Shown here in pieces: positions 1 to 12,529 of a stretch of DNA of 64,000 bases (positions are counted from its first letter, which is position 1; every line of letters starts with the position of its first letter). The notes below the pieces were generated by a model. It had not been told where the DNA came from. It ran no database searches and was given only the letters and a program-made list of their open reading frames with translations. The position numbers were made by a program, and so were the translations under genes. Source of the stretch: Rotaria socialis (taxonomy: Eukaryota); the NCBI GenBank assembly GCA_905331295.1, contig CAJNYD010000052.1, positions 1 to 64,000 on the forward strand, given 5' to 3'.

Positions 1-49
1 ATTTTCAAAAATTTCGTTTTTTTTCCAGAATTTAATGAATTTGTATAAA

Positions 50-210
50 ATTGGTCCGAAAGTCCGGAGAATTTTCGGGCCGGGCCGAAATTCCTTCCGG
101 ACTTTTGGACCGGCCCGAAAAATCTCCGGAATTTCGGGCCGGGCCGAAAGTCCGGCCCGAAAATTCCGTGGGCCGAAATTCCGGTCTCCCTCCGGAATCA
201 TTGACCTGGG
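50..210. repeat. GC-rich cluster of GGCCCGAAA/TTTCGGGCC/CCGGA motifs in both orientations; probable subterminal region of a DNA transposon whose other end is outside the window
   Basis: Many short direct and inverted copies in an otherwise AT-rich region. They explain the spurious overlapping ORFs 32..235 and 35..247. Confidence 0.55.
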
Positions 211-957
211 ACGATTCATATACGCGCTGACTCATTGTATCATGTAATTTTCTCGATACATACTATGATGACTCATACATATGCATAAATAACGTCACTG
301 TTCTTTAATTTTACTGTATATTTCTTTTCATACAAAATAATATTGTTAATGCTTTTTGCTTCCATCTTTACTAGACCAGTTTTCTATACAATCTACTAAC
401 AGCAATAGAGCGAAAGATTAAGACACAACTTTTCGATTAGTTTCATTCATTTGTTAATGTTCGTCAATGATTTTGCAAAACAACTTTTCACATCAAGAAT
501 ATTGATGTCTCATATTTATTTTGAATAACTTTACATGGTACGAACAAATATTTCTGAATTTTTTTTATCTGCAGCAATGTTTTACAAAAACAAAACAAAC
601 AAAAGTGATTTTTCATTCAAATGGCAGCTGTACAATGCATTGAATATTCGAGCTACAATTGATCTGATGGCCAGCATTAGTTTGATTGATAATTGATAGC
701 ATGGCTCATTGATTCTTTTTTTCTCTAAAACGTAAATCTGAATATTTAATTCTAGGCATACTTTCGTCCAGAGATGGGCAATTCAAAAATAACTTTACTT
801 GGCGTGACCTGGGTCGAAAAATCGCCCACTTGCCCATCTCTGCTTTCACAATTGTCATTGTTCTTGCACTTAATGCGTCCTGATGTTTTTGTGGAGTTTT
901 TATTTGATCGTACATATTCAACCATTTCGAATTGTTCATCAATGAATGTTGGCGACA

Positions 958-1560
958 CTATAGAAACTTATCACAGAGCTCTCTAATTTCAACTGTGGAT
1001 GAATCATCTATTTTCAACGCACGGTGGAATTGAACTAGCTTTGTTAAATACTGTAAATTAGTTCCACTGAATCCGGAGGCTCGTGTGATTTTCTCGGATT
1101 GTTCTTTAAAAGCGAGCGGTTGCTTTAAATAGGATGCACTTTTCTCATTGGCCAAGCATATTAAAGCGGATTGGCTAGTGATATGATATGGCAGTCATAA
1201 TCTCTACAAAGTCATATGCATATATGTTCATCACAAATTCATCTTTACTAACAGGAGTTTCTCGTTTTACAAATGCTTCAATAAATGGAATGATTTGATT
1301 ACCACTCGAAATCAACAATGAACCCATCACATATTCGTGGGGAACTGAACATCAACCCATTGTCAAACCAGTAGAACTCATGGTACTGCGACAAGCAAAA
1401 TCTTGGTAATTAAATTATTTTTTGTGTTCGCGAACCATACAGCCGTCAATAGTTTCACTCTCATGCTCAATGGGATACCATAGCAATGATCCATAAGCAA
1501 AGACAGCGATTTTGCCAGTTTTTTGAATACCGTTAGCCGTGTGAGTCCACTTGAATAAAT
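958..1560 (-). pseudogene. ChaC-family (glutathione-specific gamma-glutamylcyclotransferase) pseudogene
   Basis: A minus frame reads KIAVFAYGSLLWYP (ChaC FGYGSLxW motif, about 1474-1513) with in-frame stops at 1415-1417 and 1352-1354. After a frame change it reads ITRASGFSGTNLQYLTKL, matching the ChaC C-terminal GxSGxNxxYL motif. No introns seen. Confidence 0.7.
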
Positions 1561-2429
1561 TATCATTCAATCCGTTTAACAATTTTTATGTCGCATCCAA
1601 TGAAAGAAAAAGTTTCATAGTTGCTTATGCGAGTTCTAAATGCCATTTTGAGTTAAAATGCATCTTATATTTGTATTACAAAAGCATCCTGGTGGTCATA
1701 GCGAGAAAAGCAGTATATGCCATTATTTTCGTTGATTGCCTTTTTTCAATACTAATTGCGTTTATTTTCTTTCCTTTTGTTTCTGCCCTAAGCAATTTTA
1801 ACAGTCAAACACGCGAGTGCCGCATGTTAACCAATTACAATTCACTGTCTGTCATGCGTGGTGATTCTATGGGCGCTGTGTCTTGAGCACATTGCAATAT
1901 AGTATGGATAAGATGCAGGCGAGAAAGAATAGAAATTTCAGCCTGTAATTAAAATTTATGTAGTTTTCAGTAAAATAATTCTTAGCGATATTTCTTTTTC
2001 TTAATTCCTAAAGATAAATGAATACTGACAGCAGCTATATTTCTCACATACATTTATAATAAATGTAAACATATTATGCAAGTTGACTTTCAAACAAATG
2101 ATTGTATTAATTGTAACTATCACAGAAAGTTTTCTCTTATAGGAAAAACTATTAGCACAATCTCTGTGAAATTGAAAATATGAAAAGTTCGCCTGTCACG
2201 GTTGATCAGGGTTTCTAAAAACGGTCTATTATAGTTTACGATTAAATCATTTTTTTAGTGAATTCAATAATTAAAACGTCTTACGCTACCTGTGTGTGAG
2301 GGGAAATGTATGCAAATCTCTACCATATATACTTCAACACTTTTTGTAGTTCGTCTTTCATACAGTTCTCATTTCACATGTAAATCCTACTATTCATTAT
2401 AATAATGTGAGATTTCGTCTCGATACGAT

Positions 2430-4970
2430 TTAGTGAATACGAAATATAGGCGCTAATACAGTCACTGATGCAAGGAAAATCACAAGAATGCCAATAATTT
2501 TAAACCCAACGCCAGCCCTGATCAAATCACGAATTCTAACATCACCACTTGCAAATATCATGGCATTCGGTGGTGTAGCTAGAAAGATATGAAGAGATAT
2601 ATTAAATTTCATTGAACACGCGATTTACCAATTGGTAACATTAATGAGAGTGAAACTCCCATGCACGACGACATGATCAGGTACGCGGGATGGATTTTAG
2701 TTGATTTTGCCTTCAAAACAAAAACACATTCAATACATTTCATTGTAATAGTGAAAGCAAAAAATGATATGTTCTAACCATGCCATCGAGAATAGGAAAG
2801 AGTATGCTAGCACAAGCAAGATTGCTTGTGAATTCAGTCAAAATAGCACTAACGATAATAACGATAAGAATTGTGACTGTTCTAGATGTTCCAACGATGA
2901 ATTGAAGAAAGGTAGCTATTGTGCTCGATAAATCCGATTTCTTGAAATTGCCTAATATAGTTAGAATATTTAATTTACTTCTTGAAATATACCTTAAATC
3001 CGTCAGCGATAGCTAAACCAGCACCTTGCAACATAAAAACACCCCATGGAAATACTTTTGAGAGATGACTCCATTCAAGAATTGGATTATAGTCCCAATT
3101 TTCTGAAATAAAATCGTCTATAACCAAAACGAAACTATATTATATGCAGTACTTTTAAGTGGATTCTTATTGGGTAAAATAAGTGGCAATGAGCCAATAA
3201 GTAGAGCTGCGGTTCCATCTGTGACGTATCTAAAGCAAAACCAATGTTGACCCATCATCTATCGATTATTACTCACTCTTTTCGAAACAAAACGCTCCAT
3301 CCGTTTATATTGGAAAAATCTCGTGTTACCCACAAAATGAGTAAAATAAAAAACAGAATGATAATAGTGCCTTCCTGCCAACTCATGGAGCCTAATGCTT
3401 TGTATTGTTGCTTAAGAATAGATTGCACATGTTTTTGAGATTCCTGTACACTTGCATCGACTTTTCTCCATTGAAATAGCCTAAAATAGTTATGTGCAAA
3501 TATGAAAATAAAAAAAGCAAAAATTAATGTAACTCTTTACGATTGTACAATAGTTGTAACCAAAACCAGCAGAGCACAATCAAGACCAGACTCATTGGAA
3601 AGGCAAACAAGGTGAAATTAGCAAATGATACTTCGAAAGCAGTTGATCCATTCGAATAAAATCTTGATTTGAATAGAAGATAGAGTGAGATTGTTCAAAG
3701 TTCGCCTAGTGAATAGATGCTTACTGATCAGTGAATCCTTTGACGAAGATATTTGGACCAGTTCCAACAAGTGTACCCATGCCACCTACAGCGGCGCTAT
3801 AAGCTACTGATATAAGAAAACCTTCAAAAAAAAAACATAAACAAGAGAATATATAACACATTATTTTCTTTATGTTGCTACCAGTTTTTAGTTGTTTATA
3901 GTCAATTTGCTGTTTTGTAAGAGGAAATTCCCTTGCTGAGCTGGAAGATCGATGATCAATGGGTGGAGAAAGTCTATCATAAAGTAAACTATATTTTATT
4001 GATATGATAGTTTCTCCAAAGGAATCTTACTCTATTGCCCTTTCATCGCAACTTTCCTGAGCTAATAGTGGTTCGTCATCATCGCTGCTACCAATTATTT
4101 GCATCGGAAGCAGAGCTGAAAAATGATGATGATGATATAGTTGAGATAAACTAAAACATAATGATCTGTTTTTTTTGATTACTCAATCCATTCACGGATA
4201 ATATTTCTTCGGGTTCTCGTTGGCTTTGATTTGTTTGATGGTGTTGTTGGTCATAACTTTTAAATTCATCTATAATGGCGATTGCAGCCGGTATCATGAT
4301 ACTTGTCGCAGCTGAATTATTGATCCACATACTCAAAAAAGCAGTGACAATCATTAGACCAGCCATACTCCTATTCATCAACAACAAAAGTATTTATTTC
4401 AAAAGTACGAAGAGTAATTAATGTACAGGAGATCATTACGTAATAACTAAAATACTCACCATTTCACTGATGAACCAACAATTTTCAGTACGAATAATGC
4501 TAGTCGACGATGTAACTGGACATGTTCCATTGCGTGAGCCAAAATCATACTGCCAAGAAATAGAGTTGAAATATCCTATAGTAAAAGCATTTATGCGGAG
4601 TAATGTAATTAAAAGACAGTAACAACAAAAAAAGATTTATTCACTTTGAAATAATTATGGCCGATCTCGTCACCAGATATAACGCCAGCCATAGGAAAAA
4701 ATGCAAGAGGAAGCAAAGAAGTTACTGCATAGGGCATTACTTCGAACACCCAGTAGATTGTAAGTAGAAGAACAACATAGGCACATTTTGCTTGCTAGAA
4801 AATGATAAATTATTTGAAACTAAACAATTTTACATAGAAAAATAAGATTGAATATTTACGATCGAATTCACAACTATTGGAAGTGGAAGTAAAATAAGCG
4901 GAGTGAGTGCTATTATCAATAGACGCCACCAAGATTTAAAAAACTGCTTTACACGATGTATGTTTGCCAT
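2430..4970 (-). CDS. SLC13/DASS family Na+-dependent dicarboxylate/sulfate transporter (INDY-like), multi-exon
   Basis: Exons read MANIHRVK...LTPLILLPLP, YWVFEVMPYAVTSLLP, LHRRLAL, LSMWINNSAAT, GTGPN, FTSNLA and PPNAMIF, joined by short GT-AG introns. Confidence 0.9.
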
Positions 4971-5546
4971 TTTGTGTTGAAGAACGAGGAATGATTTCAA
5001 CTCTTTTTACGTTATGCAAAGTGCAGATTTACTGTGTAAGATAACAATCAAAAATAGATAACGTCTGCTTTTTGACAATTACAATTGTCAGGTGAGAAAC
5101 GTATGTTCTATACGTCCTTTTACCATTTTCAAGTTGTAAATAGCAACGTAATATCGACAGAAAGACAAAAACAATAATGCCTGTTTAGCAATGCGAAATC
5201 TTTTTCTCTTTCTTATGTGAAATTCTGTAATCGTAGAAAAATGAAAATTTGAATAAAATATAGGCGATTGAGTTTATTACTTTTCTGTATGTTTCATTAG
5301 TTTGAAAATATGAGTGATCCGTATTGAATGAAGTTTTTATATTATTAAGTGAGATAGAGATAAGAGGGGGGATATTTCTACTGGTGGATACAAACTCTTT
5401 CAAAATTTGATCAAGCAACGCAAATAACAAGAAAAATATTTTCAAAGAAAGTTTTGTCGCTCTCGTATCAATCGACGGACGCGAAGCCTGATGATTCCTC
5501 GGAGATAAATAGAATAGAGAAAAGACGAATTTCTAAAATAACTCTA

Positions 5547-7146
5547 TTATTTATTCATATTGAAAAAAAATGATAATAAAAAACTTAACACCGCTAAGCA
5601 CGACGACAAAATCGATGCAGATGATGAAACAGGAAGAAGAAGTTTCGGTTGCCAACTATCGATTTCTAGTTCGTTATTATTATCGATTTCATAGATTTTA
5701 TTAGTAAGTAAATCTTTCCATCGATTGGAAACTACAGTTGAATCGAATGAAAGTTTTTTTGTTCGATTAAACGATTGATTTGAAACAACGATTACAAGTG
5801 GACCTTTCTTATACACATAAGTATCATTATCAATGAGCATTGTTTGTTGATGGGATATAAAAAATTCTTCATTATATTGTTCTTTGAGTAACGAACGAAT
5901 TTGATTAAGTTTAGCTAAATATTTATATATCCACATTGAACGGTTATATCCCGACTTCCACAACGGTTCACGATTCCATGGATCTGTTGCACCATATTTT
6001 TCATTTGGATTTCCGGTAAAATTTTGTTCTGTACCCATGTAAACAATCGGAATTCCATCACTGAACATTAGATAGACAAGAGCATTTTGAATGCGTACTG
6101 AATTTTGAGTATGATTTAAAAATCTATCTTGATCATGATTATCTAAAAATATTCCACATAAAGTTGTATCATTGAAATATTTTTCATTTTCTTGAACTTG
6201 ATTTTCAATAACGAACATTGATTGTCTTGATTGATCGTTATCTTGAAAAGCTTGATTTAATAAAAAATAAAGTGGGTAATGAAGAATTCCATCAGCAACA
6301 TTCTGATAGGCACCAACGTACGACGCGTCGGATGTTGCCACTTCTCCAAGAGAGTAAACACCTGAATAACGATTATAATCTTTCCAAAACGACTTTCGAA
6401 CATGACGAAATGTATCAATACGAATAGCATCAAATTTATATTTCATTATGGTTTCATTGATCCAAGAAACAAATGCTGATACTACAAAATCGTGTTCTGT
6501 ATTTAAATCAGGTAAAACACTTCTTTCGCTACCAAGCGAACAAAATTCAACCTGAAATAAATCAGTGAACATTGTTTTTCAAAAATATCTCGTTTTCGTT
6601 TGTTTTTACTTCTGTTTGATTTGAATAATCCTTAATCAAACATAACGGTTGATGAAAATATTCACTTTTATTGAATGGGACGTAGTAATTATTTGTTACG
6701 TTGGGTCCGACATGATTGGCAACAACATCTAACATAATCCAAATATCACGTTTATGTGCTTCATCAATGAAATTAATTAAATCTTGTTCTTGACCGAAAT
6801 ATTTATTTAGCTGATAAATATTATCTTGCCAATAGCCATGCCAACCGACTCCGTAAATAGTCTCTATATCAGTATTGGATGGTATTGGTGAAATCCATAT
6901 TGCATTAAAACCCATTTCAACGACATAATCCAATTGATCAATAGCACCTCGATACGTTCCACCACAATAATGTCTCATTGAATATTCTGTAATTGGTTGT
7001 TCCATACATTTCGTATAGGAAAATTTTTCCGGAGAAAATCGATCAGTTAATATCTGATAAATAGATCTTGAACGCCATTCGTTTGCATTCTTGCAATAGA
7101 TAATACCAATTAAAAGATTTAACAAAAATATCTTCGTCATCATCAT
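5547..7146 (-). CDS. Secreted GH13 alpha-amylase of fungal Taka-amylase type, about 513 aa, two exons (intron 6552..6609), with a C-terminal hydrophobic GPI-like tail
   Basis: Motifs WRSRSIYQILTDRF, MGFNAIWISP, HGYW, DVVANH, DAIRIDT, GEV and FLDNHD. N-terminal signal peptide. Splicing the 58-nt GT-AG intron joins ORFs 6562..7149 and 5547..6572 in frame. Confidence 0.92.
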
Positions 7147-8656
7147 CAAAAAGAATTGATCTCTTATCGTGAAGACATCATAAATGAAAATGAAAATGAA
7201 AAGAAAGTTATTGTGACAGAAAAAAAACGAAATTCATGGTTACCTTTGCAATAGAAAGAAAGATTTGGTCGAAGGCTATACAGATTTTTTTTCTTCTTAT
7301 TATCACTTTTTCTGCTTACGTCAGAGAAGACGGAATATCATATCTGCTCATGATAGCGTTTCTAAGTAAATAACGGGCGTATCAGATTTTTTTGCAACAA
7401 TCGTATGCGGATGGATTTTCTTGAAGCGAAATAATATCATAATAACAACAGCACACATAAAATACATAGCTTCCTATCCGTTTTTTCCTTCGCTTGTTTA
7501 TTACTCGTTTTTAATAGCTGTTGTGGTATCGACATGCTTCTTTTTTCCTTTCTTTACGGCACGTGATGTGTACTTGTACTTTTTCCTTTAGATATATCTA
7601 CAAGCATGAGTCAGTGTACATTGTAAGAACATATCGGTGCTATATTTTGAAACGTCTTGGGTTCATAATGCACTTTATAGATTAAACATATATTTCCATT
7701 TCTATCGTGGAATGATGTTTTGAAGATGAATATTGAGGATGTGCGTGTGGTTGCAGACTGTCCGATGAATATATGAGCCAGATGACTAGCTTGAGTTTGT
7801 TGGACCCACACATCACTTCAAAGCGTTCAACCAAATCTTAATACAGATTCCTTGCAACCTTAATTGCACTTATTTTCGCACTCCACCTAGCCAAACAATC
7901 ATAGCAATGAGTTGAACCTATCAAATTCGTTTGAGCCATTGACTAGTTTTGCTGCTATTTCAATTTGGGCCATTTCAAGTGCTACAAAAGTATTCACAGC
8001 GTATATTTCGACGAAAGTATAGGACAAATCTAGTATTTTCTAGAAAAAGAACTCGATGATTTTAAATATGGATTTAATTCTTAATGGCAATGCACTAATC
8101 CGATTACAGAATATTTCCATTGATTGAATCTAACAATTTGAATGTCTAAGCAGAAATAAAATATGCACTCAATCGTGAATATGAATATTGTGTGAATCAA
8201 CAAATGCATGCTACATTTACTCAAACTGAAGTTTGGATGCGTGAAAAACAGTTGTTGAGAATTTATTGAAGAAGTATTTTGTAATTATATAAATGAGCTC
8301 AAATTAATAAATTATATATTTAATATTTCATTTTGACTTGAATCTTGCCAGTATAGTTCTTTGTGGAATGTGATTATGGTGGTGTGGTGTGGTGTGCATT
8401 TGAATGTGGATAAAAAATGAACGAGGCTTCTACTTGGATATGAGGGTATGAATCATGAACGTAACATTTTTAAATCATAGAAAGAAAAAGACAGAATTAC
8501 AAAGTCTCTTTCAAACTTCGAAAATATCAACTTTTTATTTTGTTTGTATGAAAAATGATACGTGATCGATGACTTTCAGAGAATTTTATTACGCATTCTA
8601 AATTGAAAACTGATTACTATAGAAGCAAACTGTTTTTAATAATTCTGTTTTTGTTT

Positions 8657-9289
8657 TCAATTAATGGATGTAACATTCATCGGTACCATTCCGCCAATAC
8701 TTGCCGCATCATTAAACTCAACTAATTCAATCGTTAATACACCAAAATAAATTTGAACTGGCATATTCCCGGTAGCTCGAACTGCAACATCAATTACGTG
8801 TAAGCCTGGTTGTAAATAAATCAATTCTGACTTTCTGATTGTAGTCGCTATCCCTGAAAGAAAAGCGTATTGTCCTGCACCAATATGATCAAATGAATGA
8901 ACTTCAGTATATCCCGGAATTAATGTGTAACGATCGTCAGTATTCGGTATAAACCTATCGTTATAGAAAAGTTGATTATTGACCATAATCCGAGGGAATA
9001 CCCATATAGTACCCTTTGGATTAGTGCATATTGCATCAAAAGTAATTTTATACAAGAGAGGTACAGTATGATGAAACGCAGTAGTGAAGCCAGTCACTTT
9101 CCCATATATATTAGATGCACCATTAATAAGAAAGCTTGTTGGCGTTTGAAACTTTTTGTAAATCTTTTCGGATCGAATGAAAGCATTGCTATCCATTCGT
9201 CTGCCCGATAAAATTTGGATGGTATCGCCACATACATATCCCACGGCTATTGCTAGTATAAAATTTATCATAATCCACGTTGTCACCAT
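8657..9289 (-). CDS. Uncharacterised secreted protein, 210 aa, intronless
   Basis: Long ORF in AT-rich DNA with a hydrophobic N-terminal signal ending at VCG-D and beta-strand-like composition. No recognised motif. Confidence 0.7.
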   Translation of the reverse strand: MVTTWIMINFILAIAVGYVCGDTIQILSGRRMDSNAFIRSEKIYKKFQTPTSFLINGASNIYGKVTGFTTAFHHTVPLLYKITFDAICTNPKGTIWVFPRIMVNNQLFYNDRFIPNTDDRYTLIPGYTEVHSFDHIGAGQYAFLSGIATTIRKSELIYLQPGLHVIDVAVRATGNMPVQIYFGVLTIELVEFNDAASIGGMVPMNVTSIN

Positions 9290-9590
9290 GGTTCAAAATG
9301 AAGAAAACACAATATTTATGTGGATACTTGGGATGAGTGTGAGGTAATGTTTGTTTCCTACACGATGTTTCGAAATATTGATCTATCCTATAGACCACCG
9401 ACTCCTTTTATATATGCCCTAAACTAAAAATGCACGCCTGAAAGATGAGGTGAATAATTTTAGCACTTGAAATGAATATTGCACTTCCTTATTATTCATA
9501 ATAATACACTCAAAATTAATATTATTCAAGCGAAGGCTGAGTCAAATAAGCATTGCTGCATTTTTCGAAGAGGGAATATGGTATTGGCTC

Positions 9591-9635
9591 GAGGGTGTGG
9601 ATGTGAATTCGAAGAAAATATGCACCCACACTCAA
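9591..9635. repeat. Short element with inward-facing degenerate telomere-like arms
   Basis: GAGGGTGTGGATGTG-AATTCGAAGAAAATATG-CACCCACACTC; resembles the reverse complement of 10531..10582. Confidence 0.6.
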
Positions 9636-10530
9636 CATTAATAGAAGTATTAAATAAATAGACATTTATCGAAAATATTCGTGAATTGTGTGTTGTCATT
9701 ACGCATTACTATTTAAAATCAAAAACAATTATGTTTCAATGCAAGATGGGCAAGTAAGAAAAAATGTTGTCCTTGCCAAAATCTATATGTATTTGTTTAA
9801 AAAGAAAATTGATATCACTCAAATTTGGATACAACCTAATTATGACTTCAATCAAATCAATTTACCACAAACAAAATTTTAATCCAGTTACAGTTCAATT
9901 GTTTCTGTCCGATAAAAATTTAATTTGTTGTTTCGAAGTAGCTCATCATTGAAATATCGCATATTTTATTTCCAATCGTAATTTTTTTAGGAACCCAACA
10001 AACCAAAACAAGCTAGCGCAGAATTACAAGAGGCTGATCTGACAAAAGAAAGCTAGTACGCGTCTTTTATTCTGATTGTTCTGATCTCTATTAAATTTAT
10101 CCCGTTTCTAGCATCAATGGAAAAATTTGTGAATTGTATAGCAAATATGAGAAACAAACAAAACATTTGAAACAAATAGAAACGGGTAACCCACTTCGAT
10201 CTTTTTTCACATTAACCATGTTTTCTTTTTCTCTAGATTCAAATTTCAATGTACGAAATGGTACTGAAAGCTAGCCTGTTGATTCAACATATACCGGTAA
10301 TAGAAAACGCTTTCTTTTTGATTCTATATACTTTTCATTTTTCTTTATATTCAAGTTTCAGTTTGCCAAGCAGCTCAGGAACCTGTTCGATGTATTCGAC
10401 ATACGCTGGCAAGAGAAAACACTTTCTTTTCTTTTTTATCGTATCTCATTTATTTTTCTCTAGATACGAATTTCAGTTTATCAAGTTGTTACGGGCCTGC
10501 TCTCGCACTAGTCATTTCTTGTCTTTTCTC

Positions 10531-10582
10531 GAGGGTGTGGGTGTGTAGATGCGGATATATAGCTTCTTCGAATCCACACCCA
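10531..10582. repeat. Short element with inward-facing degenerate telomere-like arms
   Basis: GAGGGTGTGGGTGTG...CTTCTTCGAATCCACACCCA. Both this and the 9591 copy are preceded by CTC, giving CTCGAGGGTGTGG. Confidence 0.6.
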
Positions 10583-11102
10583 TATCGTTTTGTCCTCAAT
10601 AATCTAGACAATATTCGATCTCAAATACAGGCTGTATGTAACACAGTTTTCAATCGCATAGATCACTCAATTTAAAATCAAATCTGATTGTACCTGTTTA
10701 CTTAAAAACTTAGGTATATTGATCTTATTTAGACATCTGTATGAGAAAAATAATTGGTATTGGCTCTCTTGTTTTGATGTGTCAAGAAGAAACAAATTTA
10801 TTTCGATTATTATGTTTCTTCTTTTCATTATCCGAATAGGTTTGAGGAAAAGCTACCTCCTATTGGTTGAGAAGAATATTATGTATGACGACGACAAACA
10901 ATAAAGAAGAAAAAGAAAATCAGCTGTTTTGATTAATTAGTTCATAACTGAATTTTGCTCGAGACGCTTTGATTTGCTTGAAACTACGCTACATTTAAAA
11001 TACCTAGCTAAATGAGTTAGCTACGATTTTTTTTCCGAATATAAGCATATTTATTTGAAAAGTGTCTTTTGTAAGCAGTTATGGTGAAATAAGTAACAGT
11101 GA

Positions 11103-12529
11103 CTACTTATTGATCAATAATGCTAGACAAACACACATAACAGTATAAAAATATCCCAATAGTCTTCCATCTCTACGAAATGAAATGGACTTATTAGCAT
11201 TTGATTCAAAACATTGAAACAATGACATGTGAATATTTGTAATTGTTCCAAGATTTTCTCTTGATAAATAGATCGTTTGACGATTATCTCCGTTTGTAAG
11301 GACAATGACACCTACAGTGTTCTTCTCATTAATCAATATCAAATGTTTCATGCCCAATAATGTACCACTATGCCCCATGTACCGAACACCTTTGCTAGTT
11401 GTTTCCCAATACCAACATAGTCCAAAATGTGGCTCCTGAAGAAGCTCTTTAGCGTTTTTACTTGGCTTTTTTTGGTGATAAGGAATACGACCACCGCCTA
11501 CAATTGTTCGCATTGCGGCGATGGATTGTCGAGTAACAATGGTAGATCCTTGGCTCATGATCATACGAAGAAATATTGACAGAGAACGTGCAGACATACG
11601 CCAAAGGCCTGCAGGATATCCAATAATACTGAAGAATGGGAACTCTATCCATGTTGGAAAAGTTGTCTAAAAAGATTTTAACAAAACCAGGCGAAATATT
11701 AAACTGATAATGATATGTATTCATTTACCGATAGCGGTGTAAGATTAAATTGTGGTAATAGTTGTTTCCATACTGGAAGATAAGAGGCATTTGATGCATA
11801 TGTATAGTGGCGTACAAGGTCTTCTTGATTCTCGAAATCAGCTAGGTGAACGCCCATTTTTGTAATATCTATGTTCAATGGCTTGAAAATATTTTTCAAA
11901 ACATACTGATCATAAGGCATTTTTGTCATTCTTTCAACGACTAACGCAGCAAGAGCTGAGCCTTCATTCGAGTAATACGTGACGCTACCTGGCGGTTCTG
12001 GCAACCGATTCGATGTGTTTGGATTGATATATGTGAAACATATATCTGCTAAAGTTGTTTCCATAAAAGCACTATCACCCGGCCTGTAAAAATTTATCCA
12101 GCCTTGAGTGTTGACAGCAATAGAAGCCGAATGAGAAAGTAATTTGCGTAGAGTGATTGAATGAGAAGGATAATGTGGATGAAAAATTTTCCGATCAGGT
12201 TCAGATAGATATTGATTTATGTCTGTATCAAGATCGATCAACTGTTTTTCGACTAGCTGCATGACAGCAACGGCTATGAATGTTTTCGATATGGAAGCAA
12301 TAGTAAAAATTGATTTATCCACATTCATAGATACTTGCGGTAAAATAGATTGATAACCGAATGCTTGTTCATAGAGTACATCAGTAGCATTAACAACAAC
12401 AATGACTGCACCTGGTATATTCGATTCAGCAAGAGATTGTTCAATGGATTTTTGATTTGGGCAATATAAAGCATTATTTTCTGTAGTTATTAGGAATAGC
12501 ACAAGGAACAAGCGTAGCGTATCTGTCAT
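11103..12529 (-). CDS. Beta-lactamase-family (class C/AmpC-like) serine hydrolase, about 454 aa, two exons (intron 11667..11728)
   Basis: Motifs SxxK (ASISKT), LLSHSAS, YSN and HSG. Signal peptide and hydrophobic C-terminal tail. The 62-nt GT-AG intron gives a continuous frame (LTPLS|TTFPTW). Confidence 0.9.

Noticed and set aside
32..247. Overlapping ORFs on both strands
   Set aside because: They are by-products of a stop-poor GC-rich repeat cluster.
2430..4970. SLC13/DASS transporter as part of the phosphate module (same superfamily as yeast Pho87/90/91)
   Set aside because: It is intron-rich, lacks an SPX domain, looks like metazoan SLC13 and lies 28 kb away.
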